Shown: one piece after another, positions 43,073 through 51,035 of the stretch
Numbering within the stretch: position 1 is the first letter of the stretch
Layout of the letters: every line of letters begins with the position of its first letter
Origin: Actinomycetota bacterium
GTDB taxonomy: Bacteria > Actinomycetota > UBA4738 > HRBIN12
DNA length: 64,000 nucleotides
Assembly: GCA_040882605.1 (NCBI GenBank)
Contig: JBBEAY010000023.1
Location: forward strand, 76,786-140,785
Direction of reading: 5' to 3'
Program-made: the position numbers and the translations under genes
The notes under the pieces: generated by a model
Told to the model about the DNA's origin: nothing
The model's input: the letters and a program-made list of their open reading frames with translations, nothing else
The model's database searches: none

Positions 43073-45178
43073 TCACTGCGGGGCGACCTGCAGCCAGCCC
43101 TGCATCTCCAGGTGAAGCGCCGAGCAGAACTCCGTGCAGTACATCCCGAAGGATCCGGCGCGATCCATCGGGACGCTGATGTTGACGACCTCGCCAGGGT
43201 CGATGCTGGCCTCGATGTTGTACTGCGGGATCGCGAAGCCGTGGGTCGCGTCGGGGGTCTGCTCGATGTTCGTGATGTGCACGTGCAGGGTGTCTCCCTG
43301 CTTCGTTTCGACGATGTCGGGAGTGAAGTGCGACCGCATCGCGGTCATGTACACGTGCACGTCCCTGCCCTTGCGTTCGATCCGCTCCCCTCCCGCCGCC
43401 GTGGCGAACGGCGACGCCGCAAACGTCAGCGGATCGGTGCCCACCTCGTAGACCTGGATGACGTTCTTGAGCTTGTCCCGGTGGATCATCTGGACGTAGT
43501 GCGGCTCGCCCATGCCGATCGGCATATCGGACAGGATCTCCATCTGAGGGGTCGTCAGGTCCACCAGTTGGAAGTTCTGCGGGTGGAGCGTTCCGACCGG
43601 CGGGAAACGGTCGATCGACCACTTGTTGAGCGCCACCAGGTATCGGCCGTCCGGCTCGACGGTGTCGCCCTGGGCCGTGCACAGGTGACCGATGTTGTAC
43701 TGCACCGGCAGCTTGTCGATCAGCTTGAAGGCGTCGGCGCCCTCCTTGCCGGCCTTCGGTCCCAGCGACCATTTGGCGACCGCGGAGTCCACGAACAGCG
43801 ACGTGTACGCGTTGCCCTCGTTGTCGAACTGGGTGTGCAGAGGCCCTGCGCCGAGCTCGACCTGCGCCTCGAGGACGGACTCCAGCTTCAGGATCGGGAC
43901 GCCGAACGGATCGCTCCCCTGGTAGTCCTGCTTCGAGATCGCCTCCTTGATCCGGTCCATCGAGTACACGGAGGCACTGGGGTCGAGCTTGCCGCTGACG
44001 CAGACGTAGTCGCCCGTCGGGCTCACATCCACGCCGTGCGGGTTCCGGGGCTCGGGGACGAAGTGCAGGATCCCCTCGCTGACGGCCACCTCGAGCGGGA
44101 TGACGCTCATCCCGCGCAGGGTCGTCAGCCCGCGACCGGCCTTGAAGACCTCCTCGGCCCTCTGCCAGTCGATGATGTGCATGAAGTCGTAGTCGTTCTT
44201 GGTAGTGGTGGCCTCCAGCGCGCCGGCCGGGTTCAGCGTCCCGTCCACGTTCATGTCACCGCCGATGGCCATCTCCGTGTTGTACGAGTTGATGAACCCG
44301 TAGCCGAAGCTCGTGAGCTTCCCGGCGTCGGCCAGGTCCTGCGTGTAGGGGGGCAGCTCGATCTGGAAGCTCTGCGCCTGGTCGAACCGGCCGGTCTTCT
44401 GGTCGATGGCCAACCATGTCGAGAAGCCGCGGAAGTCCTCCTTGTACCGCGACAGCGGCGCATAGCCGCTCTCGGTCACGGCGGTCGGCGTCATGGTCGA
44501 GATGTGCACGTATTCCGAGTTCGGGGTGACGAAGCACCCGCCGTGCGAGGTGGACAGGTTGGGGACGTCGAAGATCTGCTTGGTCTTGAAGTCGCGGAGG
44601 TCGACCATCCCGATCCGGCCGTTGGCACGGTCGTTGATGTAGAGCCAGCGCCCGTCGTAGGCGCCCTCGGTCTCCGACAGGGCCGGATGGTGCGTGTCGC
44701 CCCATGCGAGCGGATTCGACTTGGCCGGGTCGGAGCCCTCGCCCAGCACGATGTTGCCCTGGTCTGTCCCGTAACCATATCCCTGCCAGGAGTCCGGCGA
44801 GAACACGGGGATCACCTTGAGCAGACGCATCGACGGGACGCCGAACACGTATACCTGGCCCGAGTGACCGCCTGACGACATGAGGAAGTACTCGTCGAAC
44901 TCGCCGCTCGGGACATAGGTCTTCAGCGCGGCCTGCGCCGCGGCCCCGTCGAGGCCACGTTCGTTGGCCACGTCGGACAGATCGCCGCCGCTGGAGGAGC
45001 CGAAGCCGACCCTGGTGCCCGCCACGCCGACGGCCGCCCCGCCGGCGAGCATGCCGAGCGCGGTGCGCCGTGACACGACCGAGCCGTGCTTGGTCACGAC
45101 TTTGCGTTCGGGCGCCTTCGGGGTCTGCGCAGGGTGCTCGTTCGCGCCCGGGGCGCCCCGCTTGTCGTCCGTACCCAT
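43073..45178 (-). CDS. nosZ: nitrous-oxide reductase NosZ
   Basis: 701 aa with an RR-containing signal (VVSRRTALGMLAGGAAVGVAG). It has beta-propeller CuZ region motifs (WGDTHHPALSETEGAYDGRWLYINDRANGRIG) and the C-terminal CuA site CTEFCSALHLEM. Confidence 0.95.
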   Translation of the reverse strand: MGTDDKRGAPGANEHPAQTPKAPERKVVTKHGSVVSRRTALGMLAGGAAVGVAGTRVGFGSSSGGDLSDVANERGLDGAAAQAALKTYVPSGEFDEYFLMSSGGHSGQVYVFGVPSMRLLKVIPVFSPDSWQGYGYGTDQGNIVLGEGSDPAKSNPLAWGDTHHPALSETEGAYDGRWLYINDRANGRIGMVDLRDFKTKQIFDVPNLSTSHGGCFVTPNSEYVHISTMTPTAVTESGYAPLSRYKEDFRGFSTWLAIDQKTGRFDQAQSFQIELPPYTQDLADAGKLTSFGYGFINSYNTEMAIGGDMNVDGTLNPAGALEATTTKNDYDFMHIIDWQRAEEVFKAGRGLTTLRGMSVIPLEVAVSEGILHFVPEPRNPHGVDVSPTGDYVCVSGKLDPSASVYSMDRIKEAISKQDYQGSDPFGVPILKLESVLEAQVELGAGPLHTQFDNEGNAYTSLFVDSAVAKWSLGPKAGKEGADAFKLIDKLPVQYNIGHLCTAQGDTVEPDGRYLVALNKWSIDRFPPVGTLHPQNFQLVDLTTPQMEILSDMPIGMGEPHYVQMIHRDKLKNVIQVYEVGTDPLTFAASPFATAAGGERIERKGRDVHVYMTAMRSHFTPDIVETKQGDTLHVHITNIEQTPDATHGFAIPQYNIEASIDPGEVVNISVPMDRAGSFGMYCTEFCSALHLEMQGWLQVAPQ

Positions 45179-45198
45179 GTGTTGCCCCCTTCCTGGAT

Positions 45199-45219
45199 CC
45201 GGTCCCTCTAAAGGACTGG
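45199..45219. promoter_or_regulatory. imperfect inverted repeat just upstream of the nosZ RBS
   Basis: CCGGTCC-N7(CTCTAAA)-GGACTGG, with one arm mismatch. It sits 21-41 nt upstream of the nosZ ATG in an unusually AT-containing patch. Confidence 0.35.
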
Positions 45220-45271
45220 TTTACTCTGTTGCCGAGCCAGGCTAACTCCCGGGGTTGGAAGGTGTAGGGGA

Positions 45272-45300
45272 CGATGGTCCCGGGTCAGGCAGGACCATCG
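45272..45300. promoter_or_regulatory. perfect 9-bp inverted repeat in the nosZ / nitronate-monooxygenase divergent intergenic region
   Basis: CGATGGTCC-N11-GGACCATCG. It shares the GGTCC/GGACC core with the repeat at 45199-45219. Confidence 0.35.
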
Positions 45301-45438
45301 GCCCGGTCTTCTCCTGGTCAAGGTGGGGCGCACGAGTCCAGCCATGAGAGGAGCCTTGGGCGTCCTACTGCCATTTCGTGCCTTCTTCGGAAAACTAGGG
45401 CTGCTAGCCTCAGTTGCGTGGGCAGTCCAACCCTGATC

Positions 45439-45570
45439 ATGATCATCGTCCTGTCCGTGCTGGTCGCGCCGGCCGCTGTCGCGCTGATCGTGATCGCCTC
45501 CGGCGGATCCCCGACCCTCGCAGGGCTTACGGGCTCGGGGCAGCTGCCGTCGAGCTCGGTGTCGCGATGA
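45439..45570 (+). CDS. candidate 43-aa hydrophobic micro-protein coupled to the nitronate monooxygenase gene
   Basis: MIIVLSVLVAPAAVALIVIASGG.... The stop overlaps the downstream ATG (ATGA). An alternative GTG start lies at 45418. Confidence 0.3.
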   Translation: MIIVLSVLVAPAAVALIVIASGGSPTLAGLTGSGQLPSSSVSR

Positions 45571-47036
45571 TCCACCGGCCGGCGATCATCCAGGGCGGGA
45601 TGGGCGTGGCGGTCTCGGGCTGGCAGCTCGCACGCGCGGTCGCGCGGATCAGTCAGCTCGGGGTGGTCTCCGGCACGGCCCTCGACGTGGTGCTCGCCCG
45701 CCGGCTGCAGCTCGGCGACCCCGACGGCGACGTCCGGAGGGCCATGGCGGCCTTCCCCGAGCCCGCCGTGGCCGAGCGGATCCTCGCCGACTACTTCGTG
45801 GAGGGTGGGATCGACGACGGCCGGTCATTCAAGGCCGTGCCGATGTTCGCCGCCGAGCCGCACCGTCGGAGCCTCGATCTCGCCACGATGGGTGGGTTCG
45901 TGGAGGTGTGGCTCGCGAAGGAGGGGCACGACGGGATCGTGGGGATCAACTTCCTCGAGAAGATCCAGATGCCGACGCCGCCAACGCTGTACGGGGCGTT
46001 CCTCGCGGGTGTCGACGTCGTGCTGGTGGGCGCCGGGATCCCGCGCGAGATCCCGCGGCTGCTCGACGGCCTCGCCGGGCACGAGCCCGTCGTGCTGCCG
46101 CTGCATGTCGCCGACGGCGACGGCGTCGCCCTCGGGTTCGACCCGCGGAGCGTCGTGCCGGCGCCGGGCGCGCCGCTGGCGCGCCCGGCGTTCCTCGCGA
46201 TCATCGCCTCGACGGCGCTCGCCATCAGCCTCGCGCGCAAGACTCCGGGCGTCGACGGGTTCGTGATCGAGGGGCCGACGGCCGGAGGCCACAACGCGCC
46301 GCCGCGGGGCGCGGGCGAGCTCGTCGGCGGCGAGCCCGTGTACGGACCGCGGGACGAGGTCGAGCTCGAGAAGATCCGCGAGCTCGGGCTCCCGTTCTGG
46401 CTCGCGGGCGGGCAGGCGACGCCCGAGCGGTTGCGGCGCGCGCAGGAGGCCGGCGCGGCCGGCGTCCAGGTGGGCACGGTGTTCGCGTTCTGCGAGGACT
46501 CAGGCATGGCGCCCGAGCTCCGCGCACAGGTGCTCGCCGAAGCGGAGGCCGGCCGGGTCACGGTCTTCACCGATCCTCTCGCCTCTCCCACCGGGTTCCC
46601 GTTCAAGGTGGTGGCGCTGGAGGGCACGCTCTCGGACGACAAGGTCGTGGAGGCGCGCGAGCGCCGGTGCGACCTCGGGTACCTCCGAGAGGTGTACGTG
46701 GCCCCCGACGGACGTCTCGGCTACCGCTGCCCGGCGGAGCCCATCGAGGACTACGTGCGCAAGGGCGGTGACCCGTCCGACACGGCGGGCCGCAAATGCA
46801 TCTGCAACAGCCTGGCCGCGGCGATCGGCCTGGGACAGCGCCGGCAGGGGGTCGAGGAGCCGCCGATCGTGACGGCCGGTGACGACCTCGAGGAGCTGGG
46901 TCGCCTGCTGGGCGCGGACCGTCATGCGTATACGGCCGCCGACGTGGTGGCCTACCTCCTGGGCGCCCCGCCCGCAGGGGACGGTGAGGCCGCCCGCGAC
47001 ACCGAGGCCGCCTCGGCGCCCGTCGTCTCCGCCTGA
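45567..47036 (+). CDS. nitronate monooxygenase (NMO / 2-nitropropane dioxygenase family)
   Basis: Contains IIQGGMGVAVSGWQLARAVA, GINFLEKI and FVIEGPTAGGHNAP. Confidence 0.88.
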   Translation: MIHRPAIIQGGMGVAVSGWQLARAVARISQLGVVSGTALDVVLARRLQLGDPDGDVRRAMAAFPEPAVAERILADYFVEGGIDDGRSFKAVPMFAAEPHRRSLDLATMGGFVEVWLAKEGHDGIVGINFLEKIQMPTPPTLYGAFLAGVDVVLVGAGIPREIPRLLDGLAGHEPVVLPLHVADGDGVALGFDPRSVVPAPGAPLARPAFLAIIASTALAISLARKTPGVDGFVIEGPTAGGHNAPPRGAGELVGGEPVYGPRDEVELEKIRELGLPFWLAGGQATPERLRRAQEAGAAGVQVGTVFAFCEDSGMAPELRAQVLAEAEAGRVTVFTDPLASPTGFPFKVVALEGTLSDDKVVEARERRCDLGYLREVYVAPDGRLGYRCPAEPIEDYVRKGGDPSDTAGRKCICNSLAAAIGLGQRRQGVEEPPIVTAGDDLEELGRLLGADRHAYTAADVVAYLLGAPPAGDGEAARDTEAASAPVVSA

Positions 47037-47698
47037 CCTACTCGGAGGACTTCCTTGCCCCGCGGACGCATCAGCGAAAGCCGGCGCACGAGGCGTCGGC
47101 ACTCGACCCCTTCCGGCTTCCCTTTGGCCTCGATCGTTCGACGCTCCCCAAACTCGAACGCCCCTCGCGCGGTCGCGACCGTTCGCTCGCCGACGAGGAC
47201 CTCGCCCGGCTCCGCAGCTTGCTCCAGTCGCGCCGCCACGTTGACCGGATCGCCCGTGACGAAGGAGCTGCCTTCGCGCGGCTTGCCGACGGCGACCTCG
47301 CCCGTGTTGACCCCGATCCGCAGCGTCAGTGTCTTGCCGAAGAGTTCGTGCAGGCGCCGCAGCAACGCCAGCGCCCCATGCAGCGCGCGCTCGGCGTGAT
47401 CCTCGAGCGATGCGGGGCCGAACACGGCCATCACGGCGTCGCCAGCGAATTTCTCGTCGGTCCCGCCGGCGCTTTGGATCTCTGCAGCCATGGCGTCGTA
47501 GAAGCGATCGAGCATCACTCTCGTTCGCTCCGGGTCCAGCGAGCCGCCGAGCTCGGTCGACCCGACCAGGTCGGCGAAGATGACCGTCGCGAGCTTTCGT
47601 TCGCTCTGGTCGAGACCGGCCGCTACCGGCGCGCCGCACGTCGGGCAGACGCGTGCGGCCTCGGGAACAGGAGCGCCACAGGCAGTGCATGTATCCAT
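46952..47698 (-). CDS. class III adenylate/guanylate cyclase with N-terminal zinc-ribbon, apparently C-terminally truncated
   Basis: Contains CTACGAPV...CPTCG, ATVIFADLVGSTEL, FAGDAVMAVFG and RIGVNTGEV. The last 28 codons overlap the convergent NMO gene. Confidence 0.82.
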   Translation of the reverse strand: MDTCTACGAPVPEAARVCPTCGAPVAAGLDQSERKLATVIFADLVGSTELGGSLDPERTRVMLDRFYDAMAAEIQSAGGTDEKFAGDAVMAVFGPASLEDHAERALHGALALLRRLHELFGKTLTLRIGVNTGEVAVGKPREGSSFVTGDPVNVAARLEQAAEPGEVLVGERTVATARGAFEFGERRTIEAKGKPEGVECRRLVRRLSLMRPRGKEVLRVGQAETTGAEAASVSRAASPSPAGGAPRR

Positions 47699-47936
47699 CG
47701 CGGCCGATTCTGGCCTTCGAGCCGCTGATGTTCCACCCCTACGTCAGCGAGGCTTCCGCGCTCTCGCGATCACGCTCATCGCGATCATCGCCTTCCGGGT
47801 CCGGAGGGATCAGCTCCCGCATCAGGCCTGAGGCCGCTGAAGGGTCGTCTCGGGTCGGTCGCGTGCTCGCTAGACTCGATGTCAGACGGATGCTGGAGTG
47901 GGGAGAGGATTTCTGCCACGTTTCCTGCATCCCCCT

Positions 47937-47975
47937 GGGGATGTGGAGACGCGGGACGTGGGGACGTGGGGACGT
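47937..47975 (+). repeat. octamer repeats: the first 8 nt of tRNA-Ala reiterated immediately upstream
   Basis: GGGGATGT (47937-44), CGGGACGT (47952-59), GGGGACGT (47960-67) and GGGGACGT (47968-75, which is tRNA positions 1-8). Confidence 0.9.
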
Positions 47976-48040
47976 AGCTCAATTGGTAGAGCGCCGGCTT
48001 TGCAAGCCGGAGGTCGCCGGTTCGATCCCGGTCGTCTCCA
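47968..48040 (+). tRNA. tRNA-Ala (anticodon UGC)
   Basis: Acceptor GGGGACG/CGTCTCC with the G3:U70 identity pair, anticodon loop TTTGCAA, and T arm GCCGG-TTCGATC-CCGGT. CCA is not encoded. Confidence 0.93.
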
Positions 48041-48056
48041 CTAGTTCGACAACCTG

Positions 48057-48734
48057 ATGAAGGGAGCGCTGGAGGCCGTGATCCGCCGCCTCGTTGCCCT
48101 CACGCTGCTCACAGCCGTGATCGTGGCGTGGGGATCGCCGGCCCGGGCCGGCGCGCCCGAGTATGAGTCACGCATCACGCTGATCGGGTCCGGCACGCGA
48201 GAGCTCATGGCGGGGCGCTCATGGCGTCCCGGATGCCCGGTCGGCTTCGACGATCTGCGGCTCGTTCGCATGACCTACTGGGGGTTCGACCGTGAGCCGC
48301 ACAACGGGCGAATGGTCGTGCATCGCTGGTACGCCGATGACATCGCGCGCGTGTTCCGCCGGCTCTACGACGACCGGTTCCCGATCAGGCGCATGCGGCT
48401 CGTCGATCGCTACGGCGCCGTCGACATGCGGTCGATGAAGGCCGACAACACCTCGGCGTTCAACTGCCGTTGGCGCGCCGGTGTGTGCTGTCGCTGGTCG
48501 CAGCATGCGTACGGACGCGCGCTCGACCTGAACCCCGTGCAGAACCCTTACGTGTGGAGCGGCGGAGTCTCGCCTCCGGCGGGTCGACGCTACCTCGACC
48601 GATCGAACGACCGGCGAGGCATGGTGCAACACCACGATCGCGTGTGGTGGGCATTCCATGCGGCGGGTTGGGAGTGGGGTGGTGACTGGACCAACGAGAA
48701 GGACTATCAGCACTTCTCGGTCAACGGCAAGTAG
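48057..48734 (+). CDS. secreted M15-family (VanY/D-Ala-D-Ala carboxypeptidase-like) metallopeptidase
   Basis: Signal peptide, then SQHAYGRALDLNP and EKDYQHFS zinc-ligand motifs. Confidence 0.85.
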   Translation: MKGALEAVIRRLVALTLLTAVIVAWGSPARAGAPEYESRITLIGSGTRELMAGRSWRPGCPVGFDDLRLVRMTYWGFDREPHNGRMVVHRWYADDIARVFRRLYDDRFPIRRMRLVDRYGAVDMRSMKADNTSAFNCRWRAGVCCRWSQHAYGRALDLNPVQNPYVWSGGVSPPAGRRYLDRSNDRRGMVQHHDRVWWAFHAAGWEWGGDWTNEKDYQHFSVNGK

Positions 48735-48775
48735 TCCATACGAGACTAGCGTGATGCGTTGCACGTGGTCGGTCG

Positions 48776-49669
48776 TCAGCCGCAGCTGACGCTGAGGTAG
48801 GGGTGTGGGTCGACTGCACTGCCGCCGTAAGGGTGCCACTCGAAGTGGTCGTGCGCGGTCGTGGCGTCACCTGTCGAGCCGACGTATCCGATCACCGTTC
48901 CTGCTCGCACGTACCCGAGCGTGCCGTACGACGAGAGGTGGGCGTTGTAGACGTATCCGCGCGACCCTGTAACGCGCACCTCGTACCCGCCGAGCTCGGT
49001 CGAGCTCGACGACGCGTACCCATCGAACGGCGCCACGATCGGTGTTCCCGAGTACGCGGCGATGTCGCTTCCCGTATGCCGATGCACGGGTACGTCGGGG
49101 AGCCGCACGGTGATGCCGAAGTTGTCCGCGATCGAGTGCCACCCTCGGATCGGGCAGTACCGGAAGATGCCCCACGTCGCGAGCCAGGCGTCGATCGAAC
49201 GCCGGCGGGCCTGCAAGGCGCGTACCCGGCGGGAGATGAAGCGCTCCGACCGCTCGATGCGCTTCGTCGCCTCTCTGCGCTCCTGCACCAGATCCCGGCG
49301 CATATGCACGAACCGCTCGGGGTTCGAAGTGGCGCCACGACCCGTCATGTGTCGCAAGTGGCTCGTCACGATGTCGATCACCGCGAGCAGTTCGTCGACG
49401 GTGCGCGCGCGGTCGCGCCGGAGATGCTCGATCGTGCGGTCGACCTCGGCGCGTGCGGCGAGCTGGCCCTCGAGCACCGTGCGACCGTGTGCGGGCACGG
49501 CAGCGCCGAGCGTGGCCGTCACGAACGCGACGACCACGGCGACACGGCGGAACGATCGGGGGGATGGCATGTATCTGGGGTCCCTCGGTGCTGGTGCTCC
49601 GACCGGGTATCGGAGCGAAGGACCCGAATCTTGAACCGCGCTAGGCTTCGGCACCGTGACGCGCGTCAC
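48776..49669 (-). CDS. M23 family metallopeptidase, paralogue of 2839-3648
   Basis: HTGSDIAAYSGTPIVAPFDG ... GSTGDATTAHDHFEW, with the same coiled-coil N-terminal region (RVRALQARRRSIDAWLA vs RVRALRGRRTQLASWID). Confidence 0.85.
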   Translation of the reverse strand: MTRVTVPKPSAVQDSGPSLRYPVGAPAPRDPRYMPSPRSFRRVAVVVAFVTATLGAAVPAHGRTVLEGQLAARAEVDRTIEHLRRDRARTVDELLAVIDIVTSHLRHMTGRGATSNPERFVHMRRDLVQERREATKRIERSERFISRRVRALQARRRSIDAWLATWGIFRYCPIRGWHSIADNFGITVRLPDVPVHRHTGSDIAAYSGTPIVAPFDGYASSSSTELGGYEVRVTGSRGYVYNAHLSSYGTLGYVRAGTVIGYVGSTGDATTAHDHFEWHPYGGSAVDPHPYLSVSCG

Positions 49670-49739
49670 ACCGGAGTGCAGCTTGCATGACTTGCGTGAA
49701 CACTCGCGCGAGCATTGAAGGATCGCTCAGCGAGGGCCG

Positions 49740-50192
49740 ATGATGCATGCGATGGGTCGGATCAGGCAGGGGTTCTCACGGTGGCGTCGATCGAGCCCGT
49801 CGGCGGGCAACTCGGGCGCCCCAGGACGAGACGACATCGGATGTTCGGCGAGTGAGTACGCCGACCTACGGGCGGAGCTGGTCGAGACGGCCCACGAACG
49901 CGACGTCTCCATGGCGCGCGCCTCAGCGGCAGAAGAACGTGCCCGGCTGGCCCGTGAACGACTGGAGTCCCTCGCCTCCCTGGAGCATCGGGTCGAGGTT
50001 GCGGAACGCCGCGCGCTCGACGCCGAGCGGCGCCTCGAGGAGATCGGCGATCGCGTGAATGGTTCGGGGGAGCATGGCGACACGCCTGATGAAGCTGTCG
50101 AACCCCCTGGTGGGACAACCGCGGAGTTGCGAGCGCGACTTGCCCGAGCCGCCGCCCGCAAACGCCCACACACCCGGAACCCGCTCGAGTGA
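49740..50192 (+). CDS. hypothetical coiled-coil protein
   Basis: 150 aa with Glu/Arg/Ala-rich heptad-like sequence. Start uncertain. Confidence 0.4.
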   Translation: MMHAMGRIRQGFSRWRRSSPSAGNSGAPGRDDIGCSASEYADLRAELVETAHERDVSMARASAAEERARLARERLESLASLEHRVEVAERRALDAERRLEEIGDRVNGSGEHGDTPDEAVEPPGGTTAELRARLARAAARKRPHTRNPLE

Positions 50193-50235
50193 GGGCTCAG
50201 ACGGTGAGGGCTCAGACGGCGAGGGCGTCGACGGC
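50191..50235. repeat. three tandem 15-bp units at the junction of two convergent genes
   Basis: GAGGGCTCAGACGGT / GAGGGCTCAGACGGC / GAGGGCGTCGACGGC. Confidence 0.9.
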
Positions 50236-50787
50236 GTAGGTGTCGCGAAGGCGCTGTTGCACTTCGTCAGCTGGCAGCAGCCACCGCGGATGCACACCGT
50301 GACGCTCGGCGATCGCCAGGTGCTGCTCACACAACGGGATCAGCTCGTCATGCGGGAACCATCCGACGTGCTCGGGGGCAGGCCTGCGTACTCCCGACTT
50401 CCAGAAGCAGAACTGACAGAGCAGCCGCAACCGCTGCGGGTAGGCGAACCGGGCCCGGTAGCCGTGCTCGTGCTCGATAACCCGCCCCCAGAGCGCGACG
50501 CGCCCGAGCACGGCTGGGCATCTGGTTTTGCGCAGCACCTCGAGACCGTGGGTGTCGTGCAGTCCGCACGTGCAGCCGGGGTCCGGCGCTTCGTGCCACC
50601 TCGACGTTCGGCACGACGCTTCGACGATCTCGCGAGGCCGCCAGGTGCGAGCGCGCTTGGCCACCGGGCGCAGCAACAGGCTCGAGCCGTCGCGGTGTCC
50701 GGTGAGGGCCCACGCCCGCCACGCGATGATCGGCTCGGTCGCGACACCGGTGGCGAGCCCGTCGAGCGTCGACGCCGAGCGGCTCAT
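50212..50787 (-). CDS. conserved hypothetical Cys/His-motif protein
   Basis: Contains IIAWRAWAL ... HEAPDPGCTCGLH ... VLGRVALWGRVIEHEHGYRARFAYP ... CQFC. The internal ATG (MSRSAST) is preferred. Confidence 0.55.
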   Translation of the reverse strand: MSRSASTLDGLATGVATEPIIAWRAWALTGHRDGSSLLLRPVAKRARTWRPREIVEASCRTSRWHEAPDPGCTCGLHDTHGLEVLRKTRCPAVLGRVALWGRVIEHEHGYRARFAYPQRLRLLCQFCFWKSGVRRPAPEHVGWFPHDELIPLCEQHLAIAERHGVHPRWLLPADEVQQRLRDTYAVDALAV

Positions 50788-51035
50788 CGCTGGAGGCTCA
50801 CGACTGGCGCTGCTCTGGACCAGCCGGTTCCGGCTCTCGATCGGGCTGGCGCGACGGCTCCTTCTCGGGCACGACCTCACCTGGCACAGGCAGTGTGACA
50901 GGCTCGATCTCGTTGATGCGCTTCGGTTTCCCGATGTCCATCGGCCACCTCCCTCACCTGCGAGGGTACTCCCGCCCGGACGTCCCGGTCATCTCCGGAT
51001 CATCTTCGGATCCTCTCCCCCGGATCATCTTCGGG

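Noticed and set aside
45199-45219. A canonical DosR box upstream of nosZ, and DosR boxes elsewhere in the dormancy-like block.
   Set aside because: The half-sites occur as GTCC...GGAC (outside-in) with a 7-nt spacer, not as GGGACTWWAGTCCC. I could not find a convincing consensus palindrome by eye in the other promoters, so a computational motif search is needed.
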